Source: a virus. From it: a stretch of DNA of 64,000 bases. Position 1 is the first letter of the stretch. Each line of letters starts with the position of its first letter. The notes beneath the pieces were generated by a model. The model saw nothing but the letters and a program-made list of their open reading frames with translations, made no database searches and had not been told where the DNA came from. Location: the IMG/VR virus record IMGVR_UViG_3300003320_000492. One strand, given 5' to 3'. Positions 33,230 to 42,478 of this stretch are shown piece after piece. Made by a program: the position numbers and the translations under genes.

Positions 33230-33490
33230 TCAGACATGAGGCAACCAATTCTGCATCTCAGTTTTCACTTGGCCAGTAATTTCAGCATCAACTACTAATT
33301 CCTTACCAATTAAAGCAACCATTCTTGCAGCCGATCTACTATACATACTTTCACTGCGTAGATCTAGAATCATTACTTTATGCTGAAGATCATTAACGGC
33401 AGTCTGATACTCTAAAGCCAATCTTTGTACCTCTGCCGCAGCCTCAATAGTTGCTTGAATTTCTAATCTTAGCTGATCGGCATCAGTCAT
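33230..33490 (-). CDS. small helical protein, family member H2
   Basis: MTDADQLRLEIQ... and C-terminal ...MQNWLPHV. Confidence 0.65.
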   Translation of the reverse strand: MTDADQLRLEIQATIEAAAEVQRLALEYQTAVNDLQHKVMILDLRSESMYSRSAARMVALIGKELVVDAEITGQVKTEMQNWLPHV

Positions 33491-33756
33491 AGATCTCTAC
33501 GCCATTCTTCAATACCCTCTTGTAGACGGGCAAATCTAGTTCGAATAGTTGCCAATTCCATTTGTGTTCTAGACAATGCCTGAGCGATTATATGAGCACG
33601 ATCTAAACTACCAGGACCAACATTAGTCGCCATAACAGTAATATTAGTCTTTAAATTATCAACGATTCCTTCCAAGCTACCAAGTACACCAATAGCTGTA
33701 CTCAAATCACCTAGAGATACTTCTAATTGACCTTTTACATTATCTGCATCTGTCAC
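33487..33756 (-). CDS. small helical protein, family member H3
   Basis: GTG start. (M)TDADNVKGQLE... and C-terminal ...IEEWRRDL. 4-nt overlap with H2. Confidence 0.65.
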   Translation of the reverse strand: MTDADNVKGQLEVSLGDLSTAIGVLGSLEGIVDNLKTNITVMATNVGPGSLDRAHIIAQALSRTQMELATIRTRFARLQEGIEEWRRDL

Positions 33757-33757
33757 G

Positions 33758-33829
33758 TAGGCATAGAGGGTATCGAACCCCCGACCTGCTGTTTGTAAGA
33801 CAGCCGCTCTTCCACTGAGCTATACGCCT
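33758..33829 (-). tRNA. tRNA-Val(TAC): tRNA-Val(TAC)
   Basis: Acceptor AGGCGTA/TATGCCT, anticodon arm GCTGT-CTTACAA-ACAGC, T-arm GGGGG-TTCGATA-CCCTC. Confidence 0.85.
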
Positions 33830-33950
33830 ATGAGATGTCGCGGGAATTCCTCGGTTATTCCCCACATCCACTGCCTTTTAACGTGGCGCAGTTGTTATCT
33901 CCTTTTAATACACGAGGAAAGTGGCTTCTCGCATTTTATTGCTTTACGGA

Positions 33951-34382
33951 TTAATCTCCGTTGTATTCGCGGAAGGTTCGCACAGCTTTCGGAAACACGT
34001 TAACGAAATGAGTATCTAAGACCTCAGCAACCAATTCAAATAGAATGCGAGATCCGAACTCAGCTTCTCCCCAGACATGCTCGAAATTCGGTGCAACCCA
34101 AAGCTTAAGACCCGTGTCCGAAGAACCATTAATTCTACGTGAATGCGGATCAAGCTTATCAGTTTCCAGCCATTCCTTCTCAGCCCATGTCAGCGGCCGA
34201 GATAACAGGACACGAATACGACTCTTCACAACCTTTGGAGTTTCCTCTACCGGAATCTCGTCAGGCAAGGGATCAATGCTCAAAGTCTGACCATAATCCC
34301 AATTCTCCTTAGCCGGATCAGCGGGCACTCTATACCCGTAACCGTCGTAAGGAACCTCTTTGACGCTACCCTTACCAAACAT
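33951..34382 (-). CDS. hypothetical protein
   Basis: Start set to MFGKGSVKEV. The listed N-terminus overlaps tRNA-Asp. Confidence 0.55.
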   Translation of the reverse strand: MFGKGSVKEVPYDGYGYRVPADPAKENWDYGQTLSIDPLPDEIPVEETPKVVKSRIRVLLSRPLTWAEKEWLETDKLDPHSRRINGSSDTGLKLWVAPNFEHVWGEAEFGSRILFELVAEVLDTHFVNVFPKAVRTFREYNGD

Positions 34383-34413
34383 CCCTAATTCCTTTCCATA
34401 GTAATAGGGAAAG

Positions 34414-34486
34414 CGATCCCAACGGGATTCGAACCCGCACAACCCACCGTGACAGGGTGGTGCTCTAACCGTTAAGCTATGAGACC
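34414..34486 (-). tRNA. tRNA-Asp(GTC): tRNA-Asp(GTC)
   Basis: Acceptor GGTCTCA/TGGGATC, anticodon arm CCACC-CTGTCAC-GGTGG, T-arm GCGGG-TTCGAAT-CCCGT. Confidence 0.85.
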
Positions 34487-34514
34487 TTGATAGCCCATTT
34501 CTGGGCTTTTAGAT

Positions 34515-34967
34515 TTAGTTATCGTTTTCAGTTGAAGGGTCCGGCAGCCCTAGAGCCACGCGCAATGCACGTTGATTTGCGTTTTTCCCATTTTCGAATC
34601 CCTCAGCACGGACGGCATCAACGATTTCCGCCAATTCCGCTACGCTTTCCTCATCCGACGTAGTGAGATCAGAAGGCTTTTCGACACGTGACTCGAAACA
34701 CGAGCAACCGACATTGTCCCAATCCACGGAAACAGTTCCGTCAGGATTGACGGATGCTACAGTTCCTGTATCGAATCGACGACCAGGAACCCATTCGTCC
34801 TTGCCATCTTCCCAATCCCATTCGCCATGTAGCTGATGAACAGCGACATAGACCGGATCGCCCGGCTTCAATTCGTTACCATCTGAATCGAGCCATTCCG
34901 TTGCATCTGCCACTACTGCTACCTCAGCAGTGGTTGGTTCCTGTAGTTTTTCTGCCAGATTACTCAA
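34515..34967 (-). CDS. acidic hypothetical protein
   Basis: 150-aa ORF with a TTG start as listed. Confidence 0.5.
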   Translation of the reverse strand: MSNLAEKLQEPTTAEVAVVADATEWLDSDGNELKPGDPVYVAVHQLHGEWDWEDGKDEWVPGRRFDTGTVASVNPDGTVSVDWDNVGCSCFESRVEKPSDLTTSDEESVAELAEIVDAVRAEGFENGKNANQRALRVALGLPDPSTENDN

Positions 34968-35090
34968 TTTTATGAGCCTTTTCTAAGAGAAAGGAAGTAG
35001 GACATGCCTCTGTCCAAACTCCTTTGATCAAAGCACACCAGGCAGTGCGCTTTCTTCCTTTACCATTCATCAATACGAATTGACGGATGG

Positions 35091-35501
35091 TTAGTCCACA
35101 CTTTCGACATTTGCTTGTACGTTCTGGTTCCATTTCTTTCGTTCTTCCAAATAATCAGCCTCAGATTCAGCCTGCACATTTCGATGTGAAGTGACTGCCT
35201 CACCTAGCTTCTGAAGAACTAAGAATGAATGAGCAATTCCCTTAACCGCCAAAGCAGTCAATGCCCATCCAAATAGACCACCTGAAACAAAAGCCGGAAT
35301 AAACAGAGCCACGATTGCCGACACCCAAATGCCAGTACACATATGACAATGGATCAGGTATCGAAGTTTGTAGCTCCACCAGTTATCGTGTTTCTCGTGT
35401 ACTCGATCACAAGCCTCGCGCACATCACGGAAAATTTCAGCTTCCACAATAGTCGATGTTGCAATCCAAGCTGCCAATCCTGCGAGGAAAATAGTCACCA
35501 T
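35091..35501 (-). CDS. membrane protein
   Basis: Start set to MVTIFLAGLAAW, 2 nt after the upstream stop. Several hydrophobic helices. Confidence 0.55.
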   Translation of the reverse strand: MVTIFLAGLAAWIATSTIVEAEIFRDVREACDRVHEKHDNWWSYKLRYLIHCHMCTGIWVSAIVALFIPAFVSGGLFGWALTALAVKGIAHSFLVLQKLGEAVTSHRNVQAESEADYLEERKKWNQNVQANVESVD

Positions 35502-35502
35502 T

Positions 35503-36042
35503 TTAGATCCATCCATCCCAACTCTGTGTTGAGTATTCTCTGATTCTGCCACCACGAACGGTGAGATGAGTTGTCATATTCTCATCCATTACATATTCAG
35601 CTAGTTTACCTTCTAATTTTAATCCTACAATAGGAGTATCAGCAGGCATTGGTTCAGGTAACACCATTGCTTTAGCAGGATTAGAGAGAGTAGGAGTATC
35701 TATTTCTCGCCAGCTAATGCTAGGAATTTCATGATACTGAAAAATATCACGTCCTCTGCGAGAACGGAAAAGTGATTCCTCAAGTCTTGCAATTAAGGCA
35801 CTCTTACTTTTAACCAGTTCCTCTAGTTCCCGGATCTTAGCGTCTTTGCTTTTATTTGCTTGCCACCATTCCTCAAGATCGTCAATGGGAGTTCTCGAAG
35901 AAGGAGCAAGTGAACTAAGTATTTCTGAACTACTAAGAGTGCTCTTTACCTTTTTAGGTTTAGCTTTAGAATTGGCAACGGACTTACTGAAAAGTAAAGC
36001 TAAAGCCAAAACACTGAAAGTCAAAAGTAAAATACTAATCAC
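35503..36042 (-). CDS. N-terminally anchored coiled-coil protein
   Basis: MISILLLTFSVLALALLF (TM), then a charged helical region. Confidence 0.6.
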   Translation of the reverse strand: MISILLLTFSVLALALLFSKSVANSKAKPKKVKSTLSSSEILSSLAPSSRTPIDDLEEWWQANKSKDAKIRELEELVKSKSALIARLEESLFRSRRGRDIFQYHEIPSISWREIDTPTLSNPAKAMVLPEPMPADTPIVGLKLEGKLAEYVMDENMTTHLTVRGGRIREYSTQSWDGWI

Positions 36043-36296
36043 TGGAACCTCACATTAAACAGAAATGCATAATGCTCGGTCCGCTTACCTGTGACTATGT
36101 TTTCCACAAGCAATCGACCATTGTCCGGTCGATCAGGAGTGGGATATTTGGTCACCCTAAGGAAACGGTATCGCCATCTATCTCTAGATGGTCCTTTCTC
36201 GGAAGCGGCCATCGGATGAGTAAGAAGCTCACTGACCTGCAATTCTTTGGTTCTATTACCATTACCTGTGACAGGGTGTTGAGTCTTGCTACCCAA
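36039..36296 (-). CDS. hypothetical protein
   Basis: 85-aa ORF with a 4-nt overlap downstream. Confidence 0.5.
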   Translation of the reverse strand: MGSKTQHPVTGNGNRTKELQVSELLTHPMAASEKGPSRDRWRYRFLRVTKYPTPDRPDNGRLLVENIVTGKRTEHYAFLFNVRFQ

Positions 36297-36307
36297 CTGC
36301 CTACCTC

Positions 36308-36898
36308 CTAAGAATACCTGGGGGTTGCCGTGCCACGCTTTTTAGCTCTATTCGCTTTGCGTGCAATGTTGTAACATGCCTTACAGAATCTACGACCGTG
36401 ACCATCAATTGAAATATTGTCTACAGTCATTTCGTGCAGACCCTTTGAACACATATCCGGTAAACCAGAAAGTCCTTCGGGTGCCTTCAGTCCAGCATTG
36501 ATGCGCTTGATTTCTGCTACAGGAACTCCGAAACTGACAGCCATTTCCACGACTTCAGATTCATTAGTCACAAACCCAATATCCTGCAAATGTAGAGCAA
36601 TCCTCTCTCGCAGAATTCCTTTATCCTGCTCGAAAGCTACAACTTCATCAGTCGAGACAGGTCGATTCATGGGTTCGGTAATCACTTCTCTGAATTCCTG
36701 ACAACTACTGCACCAAACGAAATCACCATTTTCGATAGGTGTTCGTGACTGGAACGTGTGAAGGTGGGCATTTCTACCGCATCCTAAATCATACTCATAG
36801 TACGGTACGGATAGATAGAAATGAACGGGTGTACGAGTAGATGCTTTGCCTCTCGCACTACGGCTCGCGGCCAATGAATCATTGTAACCACTACCCAA
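36308..36898 (-). CDS. hypothetical protein with Cys clusters and basic tail
   Basis: 196 aa. CSSCQEF...CKACYNIARKANRAKKRG. Contains one copy of the 17-mer GTGGCACGGCAACCCCC. Confidence 0.55.
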   Translation of the reverse strand: MGSGYNDSLAASRSARGKASTRTPVHFYLSVPYYEYDLGCGRNAHLHTFQSRTPIENGDFVWCSSCQEFREVITEPMNRPVSTDEVVAFEQDKGILRERIALHLQDIGFVTNESEVVEMAVSFGVPVAEIKRINAGLKAPEGLSGLPDMCSKGLHEMTVDNISIDGHGRRFCKACYNIARKANRAKKRGTATPRYS

Positions 36899-36902
36899 TT
36901 CT

Positions 36903-37142
36903 TCACCCCAATACGTCTAGTGATTTACTTTCCATTACTGCGAGCAATTCAGGGACTTCTGGTCCCCATTTTTTAATACGGGTGAAGACTTGGTTTAGCT
37001 TTTCCCACGTCCCTGTAATTTCTACTACAGTATTTCCTTTCTCTCTATGGGAATCTGGAGTCACATCCAAACCCAACATAGCAGATTGGAAAATAACATT
37101 GTTCCATGCTGGTACTGGAACATCTAACACCATCACTGCCAT
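36903..37142 (-). CDS. hypothetical protein
   Basis: 79-aa ORF. Confidence 0.55.
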   Translation of the reverse strand: MAVMVLDVPVPAWNNVIFQSAMLGLDVTPDSHREKGNTVVEITGTWEKLNQVFTRIKKWGPEVPELLAVMESKSLDVLG

Positions 37143-37151
37143 TAAAATTTC

Positions 37152-37445
37152 CTACACTGTGGTGCAAGTGAATCCTGTGAACTTAGGAGATTCAGAATCC
37201 TTTTGAGATTCTGTGGGATCAGAAGTCCCATTCTCAGCTCCCCCTAACTCTTGTAACCGTTTCCGATAATATTCGACATCAGATTTGGCTTGACCTATCC
37301 TTCGCATGTGCTCTGAAAATTCCGCCGGTGAATACACGTACCGACTCAATAGATCCCAGACATGATTGATATCGAATTCGGCTGCCTTAATCAAGTTCTC
37401 AAATTCGATTTTAAGAAGATTAAGGTAGCGCTGCCCAGGGGACAT
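37152..37445 (-). CDS. hypothetical protein
   Basis: 97-aa ORF with GGAGGCGGA upstream of the ATG. Confidence 0.55.
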   Translation of the reverse strand: MSPGQRYLNLLKIEFENLIKAAEFDINHVWDLLSRYVYSPAEFSEHMRRIGQAKSDVEYYRKRLQELGGAENGTSDPTESQKDSESPKFTGFTCTTV

Positions 37446-37516
37446 TCCGCCTCCTTTTGTAGAGTTAATACTCTAAGGAAATGCTCAAGATAGTCCTGAG
37501 CACAACCTTTAGTGCA

Positions 37517-39049
37517 TTAATCCTCGCTGACTACTTCAAGACGACCATTGTAATCACCATCGTAATCGTAAAGCTTAGCCTTATCGAGCTTTGCCTCGAT
37601 TACGGTTTCGACCACTCGGGTAAGAGCACTGTCCACAGTAACCTTATCGCGGGTGCCTTCCTGTGCATCGTTCATCAGATTGAGCTGAGTACGCAGACCG
37701 TGTGCAGCCTTAATGATGTCCTCAGTTTCAATAGTGAAATTCGGGCTTCCGCCATTTCGAGTAACCGCGTAACGAACTGCGCGGTTCACAGCCTCAACAA
37801 CGAATGCCGGAAGGAATCCGTGCATCTCAGCGAATACGACATCATAATCGACATCACCGAGAACTGTGGAATCGACATTCGCCTTAATGGCGCGCTCAAT
37901 ACCGTTCCGATCGAGATCGGCAATGTGAATGATGGAATCGATTCGACCAGGGCGCATAACACCCTTCTGAATATTCTCCACGTGATTGGTAGTGAACAGG
38001 GCAAGAACACCATTGGTCTTATTACTGATTCCGTCAAGTGCATCAAGCAACTTGGAAATATGCCTATCCGTTCCGTCCGCAGCAATGGTGTCGATATCCT
38101 CAAATTGCACAACCGCAGGAGCATAAAGCTTTGCAGTATTGAGAACATCGAATACGTTATCCTTACCCGGACGGGCGAGAATGAACGTCCAGCCATTCTG
38201 TTCCGCACGCTTTGCAGTCAGAGCACCAGCAAGCGACTTACCGGTACCGTATGGACCTTCAAGGAGCACTGCTCGCTTAAGTGGAATTCCAAGCTTGACC
38301 ATGGTATCGGTGTGCTCAATCAAGCCCCAAAGGTTGGCATCGAGCTGTGCCAATACATCATCGGCATAGACAACTTTGGATTCGTCCAGCTTGGACAGAT
38401 CCAGGAACTCCGGATTATCGGCACCATTAAAGCCCTTGCCCTTGTAAATAGAGCGCTGCTCTAGTTCGTCCTTAACGACATCGAAGAATCCTTCAAGAGC
38501 CTTTCGGCGCTTTTTAGGTGCGGTAACCGAAAGATAGAATAGCTGACCATATTCCTCATCATTGTAACCACCCAAATTGAAAGTGGCATCCAACAGAGGC
38601 ATGGAGACCTGTCCCCACGGAACCTGAATTGTCTTAGTCGGACCAACGGCGATAGAAATACGCTTTGGAGGTCGAGGACCGAAGAAACTCTGTGTCGCTT
38701 TTCCGAATCCAGTAGTACCGAATACGCGATAGAGGGCACGATCGAATGCCGCTGCACCATCCCATGGACGATACTTGAAATCGCGCCCGAACTCGAATTC
38801 CTCTTCCTCCTGCTCGTGCAATTCCTCAAGGAATCGAGCAGCAGCAATCAGATTACCGTCGAACTGTGCCGGAAGAACAATCTTCGTACCTTCGAAGACA
38901 ATTCCATCGTCCTTTACAGTTCGTGCACCGAGGGCATCGAGTGCTGCCAATGCATCCTGCTGAAGTCTTGCCTGCTCAGTATTCTTCATCCCCACATTGG
39001 AGAGAAGACCCTCAAGAAGCTTACGCTGGAATTCGGCGTCACTAGCCAT
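37517..39049 (-). CDS. AAA+ ATPase (classical clade) with unassigned 250-aa N-terminal domain
   Basis: Walker A GPYGTGKS, Walker B VVQFEDID, sensor TTNH, Arg-finger region PGRID. Confidence 0.85.
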   Translation of the reverse strand: MASDAEFQRKLLEGLLSNVGMKNTEQARLQQDALAALDALGARTVKDDGIVFEGTKIVLPAQFDGNLIAAARFLEELHEQEEEEFEFGRDFKYRPWDGAAAFDRALYRVFGTTGFGKATQSFFGPRPPKRISIAVGPTKTIQVPWGQVSMPLLDATFNLGGYNDEEYGQLFYLSVTAPKKRRKALEGFFDVVKDELEQRSIYKGKGFNGADNPEFLDLSKLDESKVVYADDVLAQLDANLWGLIEHTDTMVKLGIPLKRAVLLEGPYGTGKSLAGALTAKRAEQNGWTFILARPGKDNVFDVLNTAKLYAPAVVQFEDIDTIAADGTDRHISKLLDALDGISNKTNGVLALFTTNHVENIQKGVMRPGRIDSIIHIADLDRNGIERAIKANVDSTVLGDVDYDVVFAEMHGFLPAFVVEAVNRAVRYAVTRNGGSPNFTIETEDIIKAAHGLRTQLNLMNDAQEGTRDKVTVDSALTRVVETVIEAKLDKAKLYDYDGDYNGRLEVVSED

Positions 39050-39073
39050 TTAATACAATTCCCCTTCCCGGGA

Positions 39074-39502
39074 TTAGAGGTATCGAGACCATTGCTCGAT
39101 AGTTTCTTTTATTTCTTTGAGAATGCTGTTGGGTGCCTCAATAGAGGGCTGTACTTGCAAATTCAAAACCGCACGAATCTTATCAATGTTATTGACGTGA
39201 TATTGTGTGCGACTAAGAAAGTCGGATACATGGCGCATTGCTAGTTTTAATCTGCCTTGAGCCACAATGACATCGGCACTCAATGTACCAACCAAAATCA
39301 ATTCAAGCTGATCATTCAGTGCTGCCATAGTATCTAATTGTTCATTCGCATATACACGAGCAGCTTGTAATTGTTCACTTGCGTACTTCAATCCGGTAAT
39401 CGTGTCCTGCAAATTTGCTAAGGCATCCGCTCCATTAACAGATGCCCTTTGAATTAACAGGTTTACCTGATTGACTTGTGCTCGTACGTCATCGGAATCC
39501 AT
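39074..39502 (-). CDS. helical protein, family member H4 (double length)
   Basis: Start set to MDSDDVRAQVN (overlaps the upstream stop, ATGGATTCCGATGA). C-terminal ...IEQWSRYL. Confidence 0.6.
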   Translation of the reverse strand: MDSDDVRAQVNQVNLLIQRASVNGADALANLQDTITGLKYASEQLQAARVYANEQLDTMAALNDQLELILVGTLSADVIVAQGRLKLAMRHVSDFLSRTQYHVNNIDKIRAVLNLQVQPSIEAPNSILKEIKETIEQWSRYL

Positions 39503-40127
39503 TTGAGTCCTCGTGTCGTCTTCTGGATTCCTTTTGCTGCACAATTCTTTCGAATTCAGTAGTACGTCTACGCAACTCAGCTTCAGATGTAGGTGGAACT
39601 GGCCAGTATTGCGCATGCGGATGATTGGTTAGGTATTCGCGCATGCTTATGTTCAAAACTCCTGCTCTTACACTCAGAAGTCTGAATCTCGGCACATAGT
39701 CTCTTTCATATGTCGCTGGAGAAATCGAATGACCAACTTTCTTAATGACCTGCTGCCATTCATTGAACATCTTTCGAATGTAATTTGGATCATATTTGGG
39801 GTCATAAGATTTTGGTGTGGGTGGAGTAGTTGGTCTCTCTGGCTCCCTTTTATGCTTTGGGTACGTCTTGATCATTTCCTGAATACCCAATACTGCGGTT
39901 TGAGGATCATGACCTACAAAAACCGTTTGATGATACCCACCAATAGAATAAATTATTTCCCAACCTCTGGTGAATTTCTCTGAAAACTTATCAGGATACA
40001 ACAGTGCCCATCCTGCGGTTTTCTCGCCAGTCTGACCAGCAACATTTCTGAATTCTCGGAATGCATCAAATACTCTAATCCATCCCTTAGGGTTTTTACT
40101 TGGGGTTCGGGGATTTAACTCTTTCAA
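39489..40127 (-). CDS. hypothetical protein
   Basis: 212-aa ORF. Confidence 0.6.
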   Translation of the reverse strand: MKELNPRTPSKNPKGWIRVFDAFREFRNVAGQTGEKTAGWALLYPDKFSEKFTRGWEIIYSIGGYHQTVFVGHDPQTAVLGIQEMIKTYPKHKREPERPTTPPTPKSYDPKYDPNYIRKMFNEWQQVIKKVGHSISPATYERDYVPRFRLLSVRAGVLNISMREYLTNHPHAQYWPVPPTSEAELRRRTTEFERIVQQKESRRRHEDSNGFR

Positions 40128-40136
40128 TTCAAATCC

Positions 40137-40577
40137 CTACGGAATAGTGCTGCGGTAACCTCTCAGACGAGATTCAGCCGCATGCAATTTTGCTTTGTCA
40201 TTATCTTTGTCTCTAGTCGCTACAGGCAAAATACCGGATACGATTCGATCCAAATCTTGTTTGATGGCATAGAATTTCTGTACCATATCGCGTTGGTCGA
40301 TATCAGCTTCATCAATCATGGCATGCGCTTCCGCTACCAATCCTGTTTGAGCACTACCGGCCATTGCTTGACTAGTAACAGCTTTTGCTTCATCGATATT
40401 ATGAAGAATATCGAGAACAGTCTTTACTGCGTCTTCTACCTTTTTTCGAGCAACATTTAGGGCTTCACCAACATCAGCCAGTGCATCAGACTCACGGCTG
40501 CCAATATCGATTGCCGCAATTCTGAGTGCATTTTCAGCACCCTCGACTCTTGCTCGTAGCTCGTCGCTATCAGGCAT
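40137..40577 (-). CDS. helical protein, family member H5 (double length)
   Basis: MPDSDELRARVE... and C-terminal ...RGYRSTIP. Confidence 0.6.
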   Translation of the reverse strand: MPDSDELRARVEGAENALRIAAIDIGSRESDALADVGEALNVARKKVEDAVKTVLDILHNIDEAKAVTSQAMAGSAQTGLVAEAHAMIDEADIDQRDMVQKFYAIKQDLDRIVSGILPVATRDKDNDKAKLHAAESRLRGYRSTIP

Positions 40578-40750
40578 TAATCTCTTTCTCCACAGATTGG
40601 GCAGAGGGAATGTTCAGGAATTACCTCGCCACATTTTAGCCAGTGTTTCTCACTGACAATCCATTGCGGATTCCATCTCCATGTACCCGCTTCCAATTCC
40701 AGCGGGGCAGATTCTCTTTCATTTGGGGGGATAACGATGACACCGCTCAC
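40577..40750 (-). CDS. small zinc-ribbon-like protein (57 aa)
   Basis: GTG start. ...HWLKCGEVIPEHSLCPICGERD. Its stop overlaps the H5 ATG (TAATG). Below the ORF-track cutoff. Confidence 0.4.
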   Translation of the reverse strand: MSGVIVIPPNERESAPLELEAGTWRWNPQWIVSEKHWLKCGEVIPEHSLCPICGERD

Positions 40751-40908
40751 AGAGCATATTCCATTCTCGCTTTTGGGCGTAACACCAATAGCAACGGATT
40801 ACTTCAGATGGCACGATGATCAATCCAAGTCTGCCAGAGAATCTGAAGTGGGATCAGGACATTGTTTACAATAAATTCGAACCAATGCATTTTGATTCTC
40901 CTTTCGCG

Positions 40909-40982
40909 TACGCCTAGCAGGATTCGAACCCGCGACAACCCGGGGTAGAAACCCGGTGCTCTGTCCCCTGAGCTATAGGCGT
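40909..40982 (-). tRNA. tRNA-Arg(TCT): tRNA-Arg(TCT)
   Basis: Acceptor ACGCCTA/TAGGCGT, anticodon arm CCGGG-TTTCTAC-CCCGG, T-arm GCGGG-TTCGAAT-CCTGC. Confidence 0.85.
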
Positions 40983-41046
40983 GAGAGGAATAGGGAGCCT
41001 AGGTTTCGGTATTAATACCTAATCATCTATTCCCTATTCCACGTAA

Positions 41047-41382
41047 TTAAGACTCTAGTCGCTCGATCATGTTATCTGCTCTGTCAAGCAATTGCTGAAG
41101 CCTTATTTCTTGCTCCCGCTGTTTTTCAGCAGGTGTCGGTGCCTGAATTATGAACATTGCTAGAGTCAAGAACCAAAATGGAATAGACCATAGTCCATAG
41201 GTTCGGGCTGAGCTTAGATCATCAGAGTCGATTGCTCGCAAAGGACCAGTTTCTCTGTCATATTGACTCAATTGTTTACCGATGTAATACCGAGAGTTGA
41301 TGCCTAAGCGTTTACGAAACAAAATTCTACCGATGACTGTTCCGATAAACATGTTTAAAAGAACTATAAGGAATACTTCCAC
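41047..41382 (-). CDS. membrane protein
   Basis: Two hydrophobic segments (MEVFLIVLLNMFIGTVIG; WSIPFWFLTLAMFII). Confidence 0.55.
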   Translation of the reverse strand: MEVFLIVLLNMFIGTVIGRILFRKRLGINSRYYIGKQLSQYDRETGPLRAIDSDDLSSARTYGLWSIPFWFLTLAMFIIQAPTPAEKQREQEIRLQQLLDRADNMIERLES

Positions 41383-41431
41383 TTTAAACCTTTGTCAGTT
41401 ATAACTGAAACAAATTTCCTATTCCAAATTA

Positions 41432-41680
41432 CTACAAATTCAACTTGTATGCGGACAGTTCATCAGTTACACCAGGAGCACGAACCATTGCTTCATCTAA
41501 TTGATGGAGCATTGAATCGATAGTGGGAATTCCGAGAACTTCCGCACTCGTGGCACGGACCAACATGATTTCCTGCCGTGCCTCAAAAAGCTGTTCTTTT
41601 GCTGACCGCATACTTGTAACGGCTTGCTGAATTGAATTAGATGCTGAATCCAGCAGTGCTCTTACTTCACCAGCGAGCAT
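41432..41680 (-). CDS. small helical protein, family member H6
   Basis: MLAGEVRALLDS... and C-terminal ...LSAYKLNL. Confidence 0.6.
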   Translation of the reverse strand: MLAGEVRALLDSASNSIQQAVTSMRSAKEQLFEARQEIMLVRATSAEVLGIPTIDSMLHQLDEAMVRAPGVTDELSAYKLNL

Positions 41681-41685
41681 TTTTC

Positions 41686-41904
41686 TTATAACTCCAATAG
41701 GTCTTCTTGCTCCAAAGCGGTGACCTGCTTTCGAGCTACGTTAGCGCGCTGCTTACCAGTGCTACCAACTTTGACATTGTGAGCATGGCGCGCTTCCTGA
41801 TCTGCAATCCGATTCTTTCTTAGGGTTTCGTTCTTTGCCTTGTTACGTGCGCGCTTTTCCTTCTTTTTGACGTTTGCTGCACGCTTAGGGATTCCCGACG
41901 CCAT
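41686..41904 (-). CDS. highly basic protein
   Basis: 72 aa, Lys/Arg-rich (KKKEKRARNKAKNETLRKNR). Confidence 0.55.
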   Translation of the reverse strand: MASGIPKRAANVKKKEKRARNKAKNETLRKNRIADQEARHAHNVKVGSTGKQRANVARKQVTALEQEDLLEL

Positions 41905-41917
41905 ACTCTTTTCTCCC

Positions 41918-42067
41918 TTACAGTTTGCTTAGAAAAACACCGAACGCTATCAGGGTTACAGCAATCGCTTCGATAAGAAAGATCCATGCGAATGCAACTC
42001 CGGAGAGCACTCCGGTCACAACCAAGATCGCTAGCACGATGTTGATCAGTCCTACGCCTACCTGCAT
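41918..42067 (-). CDS. small membrane protein (49 aa)
   Basis: MQVGVGLINIVLAILVVTGVLSGVAFAWIFLIEAIAVTLIAFGVFLSKL. Below the ORF-track cutoff. Confidence 0.45.
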   Translation of the reverse strand: MQVGVGLINIVLAILVVTGVLSGVAFAWIFLIEAIAVTLIAFGVFLSKL

Positions 42068-42211
42068 AGTGATCAACTTCCCTGGTTACTAGTCAGTAAT
42101 ACCCTGTCCAGACATCCCGTAACAGGGTGTGAAAATTTTGGCCCAGAAACACCCCTCAGAGCGTCTCTAGAGCACGAAAACTACCGTGTGTAGGGTCTTA
42201 TAAGGGTGGTT

Positions 42212-42478
42212 CTATTTGATCTTGTTAGCGTCGCTCTCAGCCCTATAGGGTTCAAGATCGACATCAGACATGCCAGCGTGCCACACAAAGTAGGGTGTCT
42301 CGGCTGGCCAGCCTCGCTCCTGGATAAGATCATTTTTTCTAGTGATCACTAACTCGATATCAGCTCTCTCGCTCGAAAACGTGACTTGAGAAATCCAGAG
42401 CTTACCGCTGTTATGCCAACGTGCGACATGGAATGTTCCTTGTGGGAGTTCTGATGGTCGCATGTTCTGTAGATACAT
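42212..42478 (-). CDS. hypothetical protein
   Basis: 88-aa ORF. Confidence 0.55.
   Translation of the reverse strand: MYLQNMRPSELPQGTFHVARWHNSGKLWISQVTFSSERADIELVITRKNDLIQERGWPAETPYFVWHAGMSDVDLEPYRAESDANKIK

Noticed and set aside
34487-34514. Hairpin AGCCCA-TTTCT-TGGGCT followed by TTTTAG, considered as a terminator.
   Set aside because: The U-tract is on the plus strand, whereas all flanking genes are transcribed on the minus strand. On the minus strand it has only an upstream A-run.
37481-38464. 327-aa plus-strand ORF, plus other ORFs antisense to the AAA+ ATPase gene (37786..38208, 38461..38847, 38816..39244).
   Set aside because: The minus-strand frame carries unmistakable AAA+ motifs. 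The antisense and alternative-frame ORFs are low-complexity (Ser/Ile/Leu-rich) and typical of shadow ORFs.
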